Under the pieces are notes generated by a model. The model saw only the letters and a program-made list of their open reading frames with translations. It was not told the origin of the DNA and ran no database searches. A program made the position numbers and the translations under genes. This document shows, piece by piece, positions 26,084-40,042 of a DNA stretch of 64,000 nt. Position 1 is the first letter of the stretch; each line of letters opens with the position of its first letter. Source of the stretch: Chrysomallon squamiferum (taxonomy: Eukaryota; Animalia; Mollusca); the NCBI GenBank assembly GCA_012295275.1, contig CM022678.1:8990001-9054000 (forward strand), read 5' to 3'.

Positions 26084-27027
26084 TTGTCTTTTTCTATTCA
26101 TTAAAATGAGTTTCAAACTACCAAGTAAAGAGGTGCACATACACACGCATATACACACACATGACCACAAACACTTAGATACTTTTAATTCATGACTTTG
26201 TTATTTAACAACAAAATGAATTAACATTTGCTAGTATAAGGAATGAAACATTCAGAAATTGTTAATTTTTTCTTCTTTAATATGTAAACATAAATGTATT
26301 TTTTTAAATTTAATATAAATACATTACACAGAACTTTGTAAGAGCCCCCAAAAAAATAAAAAATAAAAGAAAAGAAAAGAAAAAATAAAGTTTTGGTTAC
26401 AGGAGAGATACAATATATTTGCTATCATTCCAGGAAGGGCCTCTATGGAACTTTAATCCATAATGTATCAAAGAATTTGTATTGTATTTTAGAATGAACA
26501 AGAAGTATTATTTGTTTCTCACTTTTAATACAACAAAAGACAAATATTGAATAATAATATATCTTGTAATATACATATAAAGTTTGTAAAATGGAATCAA
26601 TATAAACATGTAGGTATGTTCCAAGAACACTATATTTCAACTTGTATCTGTTAACATTGATAAATAATTAAAATATAAACAAAATATTCTATAAAACCAG
26701 GACACTGTAGGGTAATGCCATTTTAGACTGCAGACTTATAAAGATTAAAACAACTGGAATTTTCTTATTACAAATTTCAGTCAAGGTTTTAGACTTATTG
26801 CAGAGCTATAAAGATTAAAATTATATAAAATTGGAAATTTTTTTTTAATTACAAATGTTATAAATTGGAATATTTTTTTTAATTAGACATATTGCAGATT
26901 TATAAAGATTAAAATAACATAAAATTGGAATATTTTTTTAATTACAAATGTTACAGTTAAGGGTCTATCAGATTTTATAAAGATTAAACAACATAAATTC
27001 GAATCTTTTAATTGACAAATGTTATTA

Positions 27028-27227
27028 NNNNNNNNNNNNNNNNNNNNNNNNNNNNNNNNNNNNNNNNNNNNNNNNNNNNNNNNNNNNNNNNNNNNNNNNN
27101 NNNNNNNNNNNNNNNNNNNNNNNNNNNNNNNNNNNNNNNNNNNNNNNNNNNNNNNNNNNNNNNNNNNNNNNNNNNNNNNNNNNNNNNNNNNNNNNNNNNN
27201 NNNNNNNNNNNNNNNNNNNNNNNNNNN
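27028..27227. other. Assembly gap (200 N)
   Basis: Run of n characters. Confidence 1.
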
Positions 27228-27672
27228 GAAATTAAGGAGATGTATTATTATCTACACACAGTCTGATGGTGAAAAGAAGAGGGGTAAAGGTTACACCAAC
27301 TTTTATTGTAAACAAGAAGCCCAGTACACATGAAGAAATATGGATGGGTTTCCAGGTAAGTTCCCTTTTTAAATAAATGTATTAGGGTGAAGGTATAAAT
27401 GAATACCAGATAATTAAATGTGAGAGGTAGTTTAAAAAGAAGCTCATTGTATATTGAAAAAAAATTTAACGGTTTTTCACTTTAATAATAAATTAAAAAA
27501 GTATCCAGTAACAGAGGCACAGATGGATAGAAAGATAGATGATATATTGATACACTGATTATACAGACTGCATGAAAAACAGAGTCAGAAGGTTGATCAG
27601 TAGTCATAGTTAGGCAGGTGATAAGAAAATGGAATAATAAAATACACACACACAGACAGACAGACACTGCAA

Positions 27673-28495
27673 ACCTTTATTACAGCAGTTCAAACTTGAA
27701 AAACATCTTGAGTTGCACAAAAAAATTGTTGTTGAAACATTTTGTTTGACACTTTTTTTCACTTCACAGTTTCATTTCACAAACTCTTGTCCTCCTGCAG
27801 TGGACTCCTTTGTCAGCCCTGCTCTAAGATACATCATGAGACAACAGCTCTCTCGGGAGACAGACATCAAACTGGCTCCTTTCACTGGGTGACAGCTGGT
27901 CAGGTTTCGAGTTGGGTGACAGCTGGTCAGGTTTCGAGTTGGGCGACAGCTGGTCAGGTTTCGAGTTGGGTGACAGCTGGTCAGGTTCCGAATTGGGCGA
28001 CAGCTGGTCTGGTTTCGAGTTGGGTGACAGCTGGTCAGGTTCCGAGTTGGGCGACAGCTGGTCAGGTTTCGAGTTGGGCGACAGCTGGTCAGGTTTCGAG
28101 TTGGGCGACAGCTGGTCAGGTTCCGAATTGGGTGACAGCTGGTCTGGTTTCGAGTTGGGTTACAGCTGGTCAGGTTCCGAGTTGGGCGACAGCTGGTCAG
28201 GTTTCGAGTTGGGCGACAGCTGGTCAGGTTTCGAGTTGGGCGACAGCTGGTCAGGTTTCGAGCTGGGTGACAGCTGTTCAGGTTTCGAGTTGGGTGACAG
28301 CTGGTCAGGTTTCGAGCTGGGTGACAGCTGTTCAGGTTTCGAGTTGGGCGACAGCTGGTCAGGTTTCGAGCTGGGTGACAGCTGTTCAGGTTTCGAGTTG
28401 GGTGACAGCTGGTCAGGTAAGACAGTTGCCTGCACTGTAGCTCGAATTCTTCCTGAATTAAAAAACTTGACGCCTACACCGAGTTCCTTGTGTCT
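27673..28495 (-). mobile_element. KRBA2/SCAND3-like integrase C-terminus, second copy
   Basis: Colinear with 6825-7385. Confidence 0.72.
27887..28418. repeat. 27-bp minisatellite, ~20 copies
   Basis: Same unit as 7036-7297 with a different variant mix (GTTTCG predominant). Confidence 0.97.
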
Positions 28496-31488
28496 TTGAT
28501 GTAACAATAACAGTACCTCTAATCCCTACCACATAACTTGTCTTTGATGTAACAATAACAGTACCTCTAATCCCTACCACATAACTGGTCTTTGATGTAA
28601 CATATAACTTGTCTTCGATGTAACAATAACAGTACCTCTAATCCCTACTATATAACTTGTCTTTGATGTAACAATAACAGTACCTCTAATCCCTACCATA
28701 TAACTGGTCTTTGATGTAACAATAACAGTACCTCTAATCCCTACTATATAACTGGTCTTTGCTCTGAAGAAGACTGTAAATAAGACTGGGAGATATAGGA
28801 ATATTGAGAGAGCAGAAAGAATATGTCTATTATGTATAACAGTGGTGAAACTGAAGATGTAATTGAAAATAACATAATTTGGGAAAATATTTATTTAAAG
28901 CATTTCAGTGTAGGAACATTTTGATTTGTTAGACATAATTTATCTGCTATTAATATTCTCCAAAGTATTATCATACTGTCACTATTGGTAATTCTTGTTC
29001 TCTCCTTATTATTACTGACATTGTATATCAATAAGCTGTAAAGCTTAGAATAATAAAGAATTGAATTGAGCCACTAATGATGTTGCAAAGCCTTAAACCT
29101 GCTTGACTGATTGTCTGAATTACTGTCAATCAAACAACACCATGGAAAATCCAGTCATTTGCCTAATTCCTGGATTATTTTGTAATTTGCCCAATTCCTG
29201 GATTATTTTGTCATTTGCCCAATTCCTGGAACTTTTAGTCATTTGCCCAGTTCCTGGAACTTTTAGTCATTTGCCCAATTCCTGGAACTTTTAGTCATTT
29301 GCCCAATTCCTGGAACTTTTAGTCATTTGCCCAATTCCTGGAAATTTTAATCATTAGGCCTAATTTCTGATGGTTTTGGGTGTCAGGTAAATGACTAGTT
29401 CGACATACTGACTGTAACATATATGCATGTGTAAGAATGTTTTATTCTATATTTTTAGTTCTAGACATATATTTAAGTGTGTTTATAGATGGAAAGACAT
29501 ACAGAAAAATAGATATGTAAGGTAGTTATGTAGACATTGATGTGTAGGTAACTAGTGAGATGCATTGATCATATATGGATGGTTACTAATGGATCAGAAT
29601 ATTGAATAGAGGAATAAGATAGATACATAGATAGTAAATGTGTGTATGTGTGTATAAATTATTCTAAAATCTGATCAAGTAATAACCTAAAAAAAAACAA
29701 AACAATAAAAATATAAATAAAACTATTTTAATATTTAATATAATTATAAAATCTGATATAGTAATAACTACAAAAACAACAGTAATAAAAATTAAAACTA
29801 TTTTAATAATATTTAAGATAATTCTAAATAAATGTATACAACAACAATAAAAAGATAAATGAAGCTATTCTAATTATTATTTAATTCGATCCTCAAACCA
29901 TTGTGTGATAGCAACAATGATGAAAGGAGAAATAAAACTCTCTTAATGTAATAATAATAAATTAGTATTTCAATGTTGATACATTTCTTTCTAATAAAAA
30001 AAACAAACAATAAAAAACATAAATAATATTTGAAACAATTCTACAAATATATAAAATAACAACAACAATAAAAAGAGAAATAGATTTTTATATCTATTTT
30101 TATAATATTTAATACAGTGTTGAGATATTTCTTTTCTAATAAAAGCAAAACAAAACATCTTAATATAAAGAATGTACAAAGTCAGTTATTAGGTCATACT
30201 TTAAAACATTTATTAACTGAATATTTTTACTTTATTACACTGATTACTTGGGTACATATTTCAAATCTTTAAAAAAAAAAAAAAAATAAAAAGTAAAATA
30301 AAAATGGGTAAGTCTGACACACATTTCCTTGTGCAGCCTCCAGTCTACCCACATTCCCAGAAAACAGAGTTTTATTTAAAATACGTAAAAAATAGCCATG
30401 GCAACCGGTAAATGAAATATATGTGTTGCCATGGTGACTAAAAACAGTATGTGTTGTAAAGATCTGTATTATTTGGTTTACAGCCAGGGCTGGACTGAGA
30501 CAGCACAGATGCTATCAGTTAAATACAAACTATCATCAACTAATGAGTTTGTTTGTAATGTATTGAATCTCATATTTGTTTTAAAATATATAAACTGTTA
30601 ACAAAATATTAGCTGTACAGAAATGTGTTCACTTTCTTAAAAAATACATTTTGATTTCATAAGACTTATTTCAAACTGATAAATTATGCAAATACATTTT
30701 ACATGAAAGTAGCGACATCCTTTGATCAGACATTTTATTTTTACATTTCTTTGAGAAATATGATAAAGTCAAAATGCAACATGCTTCATTCTGTTTTCTT
30801 CACATCTGCTGTTGTCGCTGTAGTTGTTTCATCACCACTTTGTGCTGCTGTTCTCTTTAAGCTGGTTTCTGACTGAACTGTGTTTTCACTGACTGTGTTA
30901 CTGCTGTTCTCTTTAAGCTGGTTTCTGATTGAACTCTGTTTTCACTGACTGTGTTACTGGTGTTTTCACTGACTGTGTTACTGGTGTTTTCACTGACTGT
31001 GTTACTGGTGTTTTCTACTTCTATCACTGGCACATGCTCTACCTCCATCATCTTTTTACCTACAAACAAGTGATATTTTTATATACCTCTTATCTCTGTA
31101 TAGCACTGTGTGTCATTTTGTTTCTACATAATTATCTTTGTATGATGTGTAAGAGTGAGTTTTATGCTGCATGTTATATGTATGTATGTGTGTTTGTGTT
31201 TCTAGGTATGTGTGTATATATATATATGTATGTGAGTGTATGGGTATTGTATTAAGTTTGTATGTCTACATGTGTGTGTGAATGTGTCTGTATTTGTATG
31301 GTGTGTGTTTGTCTATGTGTGAGTCAGTTTCTGTGTTTGTGTGTTTCTGTGTGAGTGTGTTTGTATCTGTGTTTGTATGGATGTTTTTATTCGAATGCAT
31401 ATCTGTGCATGTGTGTGCGTGTGTGTGTAAGTATGTGTATGTATGTGTGTGTGTGTGTGTGTGTAAGTATGTGCATGTGTGTGTGTGT

Positions 31489-31569
<81 letters not shown>

Positions 31570-31572
<3 letters not shown>

Positions 31573-33890
31573 AAAAGGAAGAGATGTTGCTGATAATATT
31601 GTGTAGTGAGGGATGTTACAGATATTGCTGAGTTAAATAATACTGAAGGGTTTGTTGTTAAAATGGATCAAGAAAAACCTTTTGATAGAGTTTCACATAG
31701 TTTTATTTTAAAAGTTCTGAAAAAATTCAATTTCTGTGATAAATTTATAACATGGATTAAAATACTCTATAATGATATAAAAAGTTGTGTCAAGATTAAT
31801 GGACATTTAACACTTTTCTCTAATATTACAAGAGTTGTTAGACAAGGATGTCCAATACCAATGATGCTTTATCTTATTGTAGTTGAACCCTTAAATAATT
31901 TAATTATAAGTAGACACAGCATGAATGGAATTAGAATAACAAATGAATTTAATTGTTTATTATTTCAGCATGCAGATGATTCTACTGTAACAGTCTGTGA
32001 TGCTCAGTCAGTAGAACCTGTTTTTAATACAGAAAATGTGTAAAAGTCAATATAGGTAAGTCAGAAGTACTTTGTCTTGGTAAGACTATAAAAAATACTT
32101 ATCATTTAACATTCTGATATCAGTGAATAAAGCCTGTGTTAAAATTCTAGGTATATATTTAGAACCAAACAAGTCATTATGTGAAAGGTTAAACTGGAAA
32201 AATAAATTTAATAAAATTTGTAATTTAATTAATTTATGGGGTCAAATGAAACTTACTTTACAAGGAGAAGCAGAAGTATGGAATACTTTATTAACATCTA
32301 GACTGTGATCTATGATTAGCACAATAAATGTAACAAACTGGGAAGAAAATGAAATTCACAAGTTATTTTGTAAATGTTTTTGTAATGGAAAAACACTTTT
32401 AATAAAGTATTCAAAAATAATTGAAAATAAAAAGTCAGGCGAGCTAAATGTTCAAGATGTTTCATTAAAGAAAATGGCTTTTTTTATGAAAATCTTAAAG
32501 AAATATTTTGATAATAATTTTTAAATTGTTTGGAAATATACAATCTGAATAGTTGTTGGAAAATATATTAATACGAATTTAATCTGATATTTTTAAGATA
32601 GTTTACAGGAAAGACGCTTTAAAAGTTCTCAACCTTTTTGATGCTGAAATGTTATCATCTTGAGACTGTGTTAATAACACAGAACATATTTTCCCTTTTG
32701 ATACAGATGAAATATTGTCTCAACCACTTTTACAGAACCCATTCATTAAATATATAAATAAATTATTGCTGTTTAGTTCTTGTATTCAAAGTGGCTGATA
32801 TTGCATATGAAGTAACATCAGGTTTCCTTCCTTTTACATCTGTTGTTGAAGTTTTTCATGAAAAGTATCCGGAATTACCCAAAACACAAATGTATATTGC
32901 TTACAGTGTTATTCTGAAATCACTTCCAGATGAATGGAAAAGTTGTATTGACAGAAATGCTAAAAGACTAACACCTAATAAAGATTTATTTCTCTTTCAT
33001 AATAATGATGTGATAAATGTCAGTACATTTACAGTTAAAATATTTTATTCTATTTTACTTTCAAAAAATGTTAAAGCACCTACATGTGAAGAAAAATGGA
33101 CTGAGCTTGGTTTTAATAAATTCTGGAGACCAGTTTGGAAATGGATACACTACAGTGTTAAATTTACTGAATTTACTGACTTAGATTTGAGAACAGCTCA
33201 ACATGTAATATATACATATAGTAAATTATGTAGAGATGGAAAAATCTCATCTAGTGTATGTCCAGTGTCTCTGAAGGATAATGAAGATGTGTGCCATTTA
33301 TTTTTGTATTGTGAAGGAACTAATATCTATCTTTCATGAAATATTTATTCAAATATTTAAGAAAACAGGGTTTTCATTAGATCAATTAAAATACTATTAA
33401 TATTTGGATGTTATCTAAAAATTAAAAATTGTTCAATAGAATTTTAAAGTATTATTCTATCAGTTTATAGAATATCAGTGTTCAAGAGGTGTGGGATAGA
33501 TGAATTGAAAGGAACAAACATTAATATAAGATGTGTTTTATTAGACAATATGTGTATCTGCTTTGTAATCATTCTTAATCAGTACCCGTATTCAAAAGAA
33601 AGTTTAAGTTTTCATTAACAAATATATTAAGAATAATGTTAATCTAGAATTAAAAGATGACATACGTATTTTCAAATATCCTTTAGCAAACTGTAAGTAA
33701 TCAATATTACTATGTCATAAAAATGGATAAAAGTTTTTTTATTATAAAATACAATTAATATATGTGAAAGTGTTTGTGTAGACAAGTGAGTGTATCTGAG
33801 TGTATATGTGTGAATGCCTATTTTTTACTGTTATTTTGTATTGATTTAATGTTACAATTATTTATTTACAACTGTTGATTATATCAATAA
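31570..33890 (+). mobile_element. Tx1-clade LINE 3' half (RT, zf-RVT-like C-terminus, 3' UTR), decayed
   Basis: ORF pieces 31606-32043 (DQEKPFDRVSH, RQGCP, QHADD), 32123-32524 (KILGIYL, KSGELNV) and 32791-33339 (CPV...EDVCHLFLYC); AATAAA at ~33885; 5' end abuts (GT)n. Confidence 0.93.
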
Positions 33891-36271
33891 AGAGTGCTTG
33901 GCCAAGGTTTACTGGGTTCCAGGATCAGTCCTGCATGGAGGACTAATAATGTTATTTCCCAATCTAGCTGCTGATCCATGATTGATATATCTAAGATCAT
34001 AGTATATTTTTTTTTGGGTTTTTCCCCTGTGGAAAGATGTATATTAAAAATAGATTTTTAGTTGCTTGTTTAAAAAAAGGTATCAATTCATATTTCAGAA
34101 ACAGGTTTTCTTTTTCATTAGCTGTATTTTTATTTACCTTTTAAGATAAAAGTGTATCTTCTTAAATAAAATATTTCTTCTTTATTTCAGATTTGTTCTA
34201 TTTCAGCAGAATTTTTGTTTATCAATAATCAGGTTATAATGAAATATGTTTGAAAGATACTGATTTTTCAACAAACATTCATTTGTATCAGTAAATGGCA
34301 TTGATATACATAATGTTACTAATAAAAGCAATAAAAATATGAAATTATCTTTGTTTTTACTTTTTCAGACATATATCACAAATCAGACAAGTGTTGTTAT
34401 CTAAACATCAGAATGGGACACACACAGACAGCAGAACAGAAAGAGAAGTTTATAAAAAAACTGGTATGAAAAGCTCACACATTAACTAATCTGATTCATT
34501 TACATTCTTCTTAGTTTTCCTATTGGTAATATATTCTCAATAATAAAAGTAAGAAAAGCAGATTAGAGCAAGGAGAGTCTATAATAATAAGTAAAGTAAT
34601 TGTAGTATACAAATAGCTTGATAACTTAGCAAGGAGAGTCCATAATAATAAGTAAAGTAATTGTAGTATACAAATAGCTTGATAACTTAGCAAGGACAGT
34701 CCATAATAATAAGTAAAGTAATTGTAGTATACAAATAGCTTGGTAACTTAGCAAAGAGAGTCCATAATGATAAGTAAAGTAATTGTAGTATACAAATAGC
34801 TTGATAACTTAGCAAGGAGAGTCCATAATAATAAGTAAAGTAATTGTAGTATACAAATAGCTTGATAACTTAGCAAGGAGAATCTATAATAATAAGTAAA
34901 GTAATTGTAGTATACAAATAGCTTGATAACTTAGCAAGTAGAGTCTATAATAATAAGTAAAGTAACTGTAGTATACAAATAGCTTGATAACTTAGCCACA
35001 AGAGTCCATAATAATAAGTAAAGTAATTGTAGTATACAAATAGCTTGGTAACTTAGCAAGGAGAGTCCATAATAATAAGTAAAGTAATTGTAGTATAGAA
35101 ATAGCTTGATAACTTAGCAAGTAGAGTCTATAATAATAAGTAAAGTAACTGTAGTATACAAATAGCTTGATAACTTAGCCAAGGAGAGTCCATAATAATA
35201 AGTAAAGTAATTGTAGTATACAAATAGGCTGATAAATTAGTATTCTTCCATATTTCCATACTTCCATAAGCATTGTTTAATTTCTTTTTAGCTTATATTT
35301 GTAGTAATAAAAACCATTTCTTGTTTTGTTTTGAACTTGCCAGAATGCAATCTGCTTTATTTTATTTTGATTTGAAAGTTCAAAAATTAATTTAGCCTTA
35401 GTGTTTACTATAATTTGATTCTAAGAATTTAGCATATTTATAATTTAGTAATTTCAAAAAAAAAAAAATATGTTTATCTTCAGAAAGAGAAATATTTCAT
35501 ATATCTGCAAATAAATAAATAAGTAAAGAAACTAACTACAAATAAATAAATATATAAATAAATAAAAGGCTACTGTTTTACAGACACTGCTGGGTACACA
35601 TGAAGAGCTAATTCTGCGAGGTTGCCACAGGACAGAAATGTCATCAAAGAATCTGTACTAACCTGGCAGAAACAGAAGCATCTGCAGAGGTTGTTGTTGT
35701 TGTTACAGTAACAGCAGTAATAGTAGTACAACCCATTGTTGTAGTAGTGTAGTTGTTATAGCATTAGTAATTAATAATAATAGTTCTTGTTTGTAGTAAT
35801 AGGTGATATTTTAGCCAATGATGCTTTGTGATCATAATGTATCTTGTGTGACTAATAGTCAGAAAAATACTAGCTGTAGTCATAGTACTAGTTGTAGTAG
35901 TAGTAGTAGAAGTACTAATAGTAATTTTGTTGTTGCAGTAGTAGAAGTAATAGAGGGAGTGTGAGTATATGACAGTTAAATGAGAAATTGTTATGATAAA
36001 AGTAAAATGAAAAGTAGCTGTGGCAACAGGAGCAGTAGTTGTAGTAGTAGTAGTTGTTTTTTGTTGTAGTAATTTTAACAATAACAGTATAAAATAATAG
36101 ATATCTTACTTGAATTGGGGGAAAAAGAAAGAAAAGAGATTAATACTTTGTTTAATTTTTTTTTTTTTTTTTTTTTTTTAATATTTTTGATTTGTTTGTT
36201 TGCTTATTTATTTAATATTTGATTAAGTATTTTATTGATTGATTTGTTTATTTATTTATTTATCTGCTCAG

Positions 36272-36714
36272 ATGAGGCATCCACCAATCAGAATCAGACC
36301 AGTGAGTTGTCCACTTTCTTGGTTAATGTCGAGTCAAAGTTTTGCCGATGATCAGCTCAGTGTTGGTGACCTTGAGCCCCACAGACACTGCAGCCGACCA
36401 TGTTGAACTACAACGATTCTGACAGCATGAAGTTGAAGAGTGTCACACCAGGTGACCAATCTCAACAGTCGAATGTCAGTGATCACAGAGAAAAACTTGA
36501 ACCTTTAATGTCAGCTGAGCTAAAACCAGCCAAAGAAAAACACTTAAATCATTCAAAAGCAGAGGAAAGAGACAAGACTCCCAGAAAGAGGACAACATCT
36601 CAAACAAAGCCTAGGAAACCTCCTCAAACATCACCCATCACAGCTGATGTATTTCCAGTCAAGGGGAATAACTGGAAGTCACTGTTTCTCTGAATCTCAA
36701 CACCAGATGAACCA
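36272..36714 (+). pseudogene. Same pseudo-exon, copy 3
   Basis: Near-identical to 23-466; ORF 36400-36693. Confidence 0.55.
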
Positions 36715-38492
36715 GTAAGTGTGATTTCAGTGTCTGATACTCCACTAACACAAGGATAACTGAAAATTATGTAGGTGAAGGTCACGGTGAAGGTGATGGT
36801 AAAGGACATATGCCATTTTACATTAACCTTGATGTTTACATTAATCCTAAGAAACAGAATTCAGAAAACACTTTGATCAGAAGACAGTAGTGGTAACAGA
36901 TTGTTCTTAATGAGGACAGACTTGGACATTATACAAACACAACAACAAAACATATTTTTGATAGTATTTTATTGAATAAACTTCTTCCAGGAGTCTTTGT
37001 GTTAGCAGACTGAGTCTGACATTGCTGTGTGTGTAAATGAACAAATCTCTAAAATTTCAAATAATAGAGAGATAATTGTCTTATATTCAGGAAATTTTAT
37101 ATTTTTTTTATTGTTAAGAGTTTTATTTAAATATTTAAAGTAGAGAAATATATAATTAGATAAAAGTTTTTAACTATAACCATTTATTGTATTTTTATGC
37201 ATGTATTTTGTTATATGCTTACACAACTCAGTTTTTTCTATGTTCAGTGATTCAGAAACTGTGACTGCTTGTTGCTGAAAGTGGAAATCCTTCAGCATTT
37301 TGATCTGCTGTTGATGATGTGATGTCACCTGCATTTTCACTCGATTCAGAGGTTAGTTGTTTTTGTTTTTTATTTAGTTTATAAGAATGACAATCCTTAT
37401 GTATCACAGATATATGATTTATTTTAATTATAAATGTTGTTTGATATAAAATTTAGCTTCAAAGAATGATCAGATACAATATTCTTTTTCTTTTCATAGA
37501 TGCCAAAATTTTGTTTTATCAAGAACCTGTGAGGATTATCTGAAAAACAGCTGAAACCACTTTCCTCTGGTATGTAGCAAAAGTGTTATTTCTCTGTAAC
37601 ATTTGTAAGGAATTTAAAGTGTTTATGCAATAATTAAGTAGCCTAAAATTGTCAAGGATTGGGGAAAATAATGAAAAATGAAAAGATAAAATCATGAAAA
37701 AAGCTTTATTATTAGACAGGGTCCTTCGTTAAATGGATTATTTATTTATTTATGATTTCAGTTTATTGTTTTTCTTCTTACTGTCATCATTGTTATCATT
37801 AATATAATTTATTTATCTGTTTTAATCATCATTATTGTTATTTTTATTTTATTATTGTTATTATTATAAACATTTGTTCTATGACTTCTGTGATGATGGC
37901 TAAATGTGATTGTTTTTTAAATTTCAGTATATCACATATTTTTGTAATTTCACACAGTTCTCTGGTGTGAGACACTCTAAGTCTACCTGACTGTGAAGAT
38001 TTCTGGTGAAACATTGGCTGACTACAATCTGAACAAACTGGAGGAAGGATCCCAGCTCTGTTATAAAATCTTCATTTACATCAGGTACTTTGTTACACCT
38101 TGTTGTATTTGATTTAGATTCTTGAGAAAAATAGTTTTAATGTTATTCTATTGACAAAGATAACAGTCAGTAACAGTAAAATGATAGCAGCAATTCATCT
38201 GGTGACACAACATTTATGAATGTTGTATTTTCGAAAAACAGATTTTTCAGTAGTTTTTAAATAATATATTACAAATGGCTATTTATTCTTATTATCTCAT
38301 TTAAAAGTGTGTACATGTCCAAGCAAAGAATTAGTTTTTAATTGTGTTCTTGGTTTTCAAAAGAAAAGTGAATTTTCTAAATTATAATATACTGGGTTTT
38401 AGAGTCAACTGTTAATTGAGATATTTCACATTCCACTGCGCATGTGCCCATTGCCGGGTAATTCAAGGATGCAGATTGCGAGATCTCTGCAA

Positions 38493-39320
38493 AACAGTCC
38501 TACTTGTAAATTGGTGGACAAAACCAATCATTCTGTAATGGGAGGCCACGACCATTGTTCAGTTATTAACTGTTCCAATTGCAGACATCTGAGAAATTTG
38601 TTATCCTTCTATCAATATCAGGAACATTTGTGGGTAATCACTATACATAGAAATGGTAAAAAGATTTTAATGTTACTGAAAACACGAGGGTTTGTTCAGC
38701 ATATTTTGTAGGTGGGAAGCCAGTGAACTATGTACCCACCGTGAGTATTAGATGGGAAATTGTCACAACACCTAGGATAACAAAAACAAATGAAATTAAA
38801 CACATGGTTCAGATAACTGCAGAGAAGAATAGTTTCAGTCATGTTCTTAATTATTCAGTCTACTGCAACTAGTTGAGGTGTTTGTTGCTTGGAGTCACAA
38901 ATACTGAGTAGGGGTTGTACAAGTATGTAGGTGTTTATGTATATAGAGAACACACTATACTGAGACCTTTTTAGCCATTGATTCCAAGTTAACAAAAGTC
39001 CATGACAGACATCATGGTCTTTTACAGTTGTGGACATGAAAGCTTCGTACATATTCATCCTAGAAATTTTTAAAATCATTTTGAAATCAGGTGTTATCAA
39101 AGTCCTAGGGTACAAGTTGAAGAGACTTTGTCCAAGTTGTTGCACTGCATTTTAATATGAACCATTCTGTTGTAGATTTCTGCGGACCCTTTTTCTACGG
39201 CCCATCCACCATCTAATTGAAAACATGTAGATGTTAGTTGTCAAAGTTTAAAGTCTCTGTGAAGCTACTCATGTCACCCATAAGAACCTGTCAAGCTACT
39301 AATTTGTAAATAGACTAGTT
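38493..39320. mobile_element. ISL2EU/PHIS-like THAP deletion derivative, copy 3
   Basis: Colinear with 19930-20780; THAP ATG at 38538. Confidence 0.6.
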
Positions 39321-40005
39321 TCAGTCTGTTTTGTCAAAGGATATTACTTTTTTTAGTAAAAATATATTTTGTACATGTTTAGGAATGAATATGAGACATT
39401 TTAATTTTCTCAAAACATTTTCATGCTGAAGCATTAATATGAGATTATTTTAGGTATAAGGAGATGTTTTAATGTGTGATAAAAAGAGGAATATACAGCT
39501 GAAAACTTTAAACAGTGGTGATGTCTTTTCTTCTCAACATCTCCTTTTATAATTTTATGTTTTTATGTTCTTTAATGACTATTAAGTTATTACTGTTTAA
39601 TCAGGTATTTCTAGTTTAATACATTCAGTCAAAGATTAATATTAAAATTAAAATAAACTGTTCTACAAAAACAAAACAGATACTGTCTTCAAACATTCTT
39701 TACTGAACCTATTAATATGGTGTAGTTGTTGGTATGGAAAATGTTTAAATGATAACCATTATTATTTAATTGTGTTTTACAAGAATCTCATGGAAAGTTA
39801 GAATGTTCAATCACTAATATCTTGGAAACAATATTTTAGATTTTTATATAATTTTCACTGCTAAGACAAAGCTGATCTAGAAAAGTTAAAAAAAATAAAA
39901 TGAGAACTTTATGACAAGCAACCCATTTTGTGCTGGATGGTCACAAATAAATGTGCAGAATCTAAAAACAAATATTTTGTTGCAAGTTTGCGAATGTGTG
40001 TATAT

Positions 40006-40042
<37 letters not shown>

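Larger units (their letters stand above)
16835..27027 (+). repeat. Segmental duplication block X, longest copy (paralog 36250-43370)
   Basis: Colinear anchors throughout, e.g. 24141 vs 40857, 25141 vs 41613, 26432 vs 42812. Confidence 0.95.

Noticed and set aside
27012-27333. ORFs spanning X residues
   Set aside because: Artifacts of the N gap.
27742-28507. GDSWSGFEL / VTAGQVSSW / DQLSPNSKP repeat proteins
   Set aside because: Open in several frames on both strands because of the 27-bp unit, and embedded in a decayed integrase.
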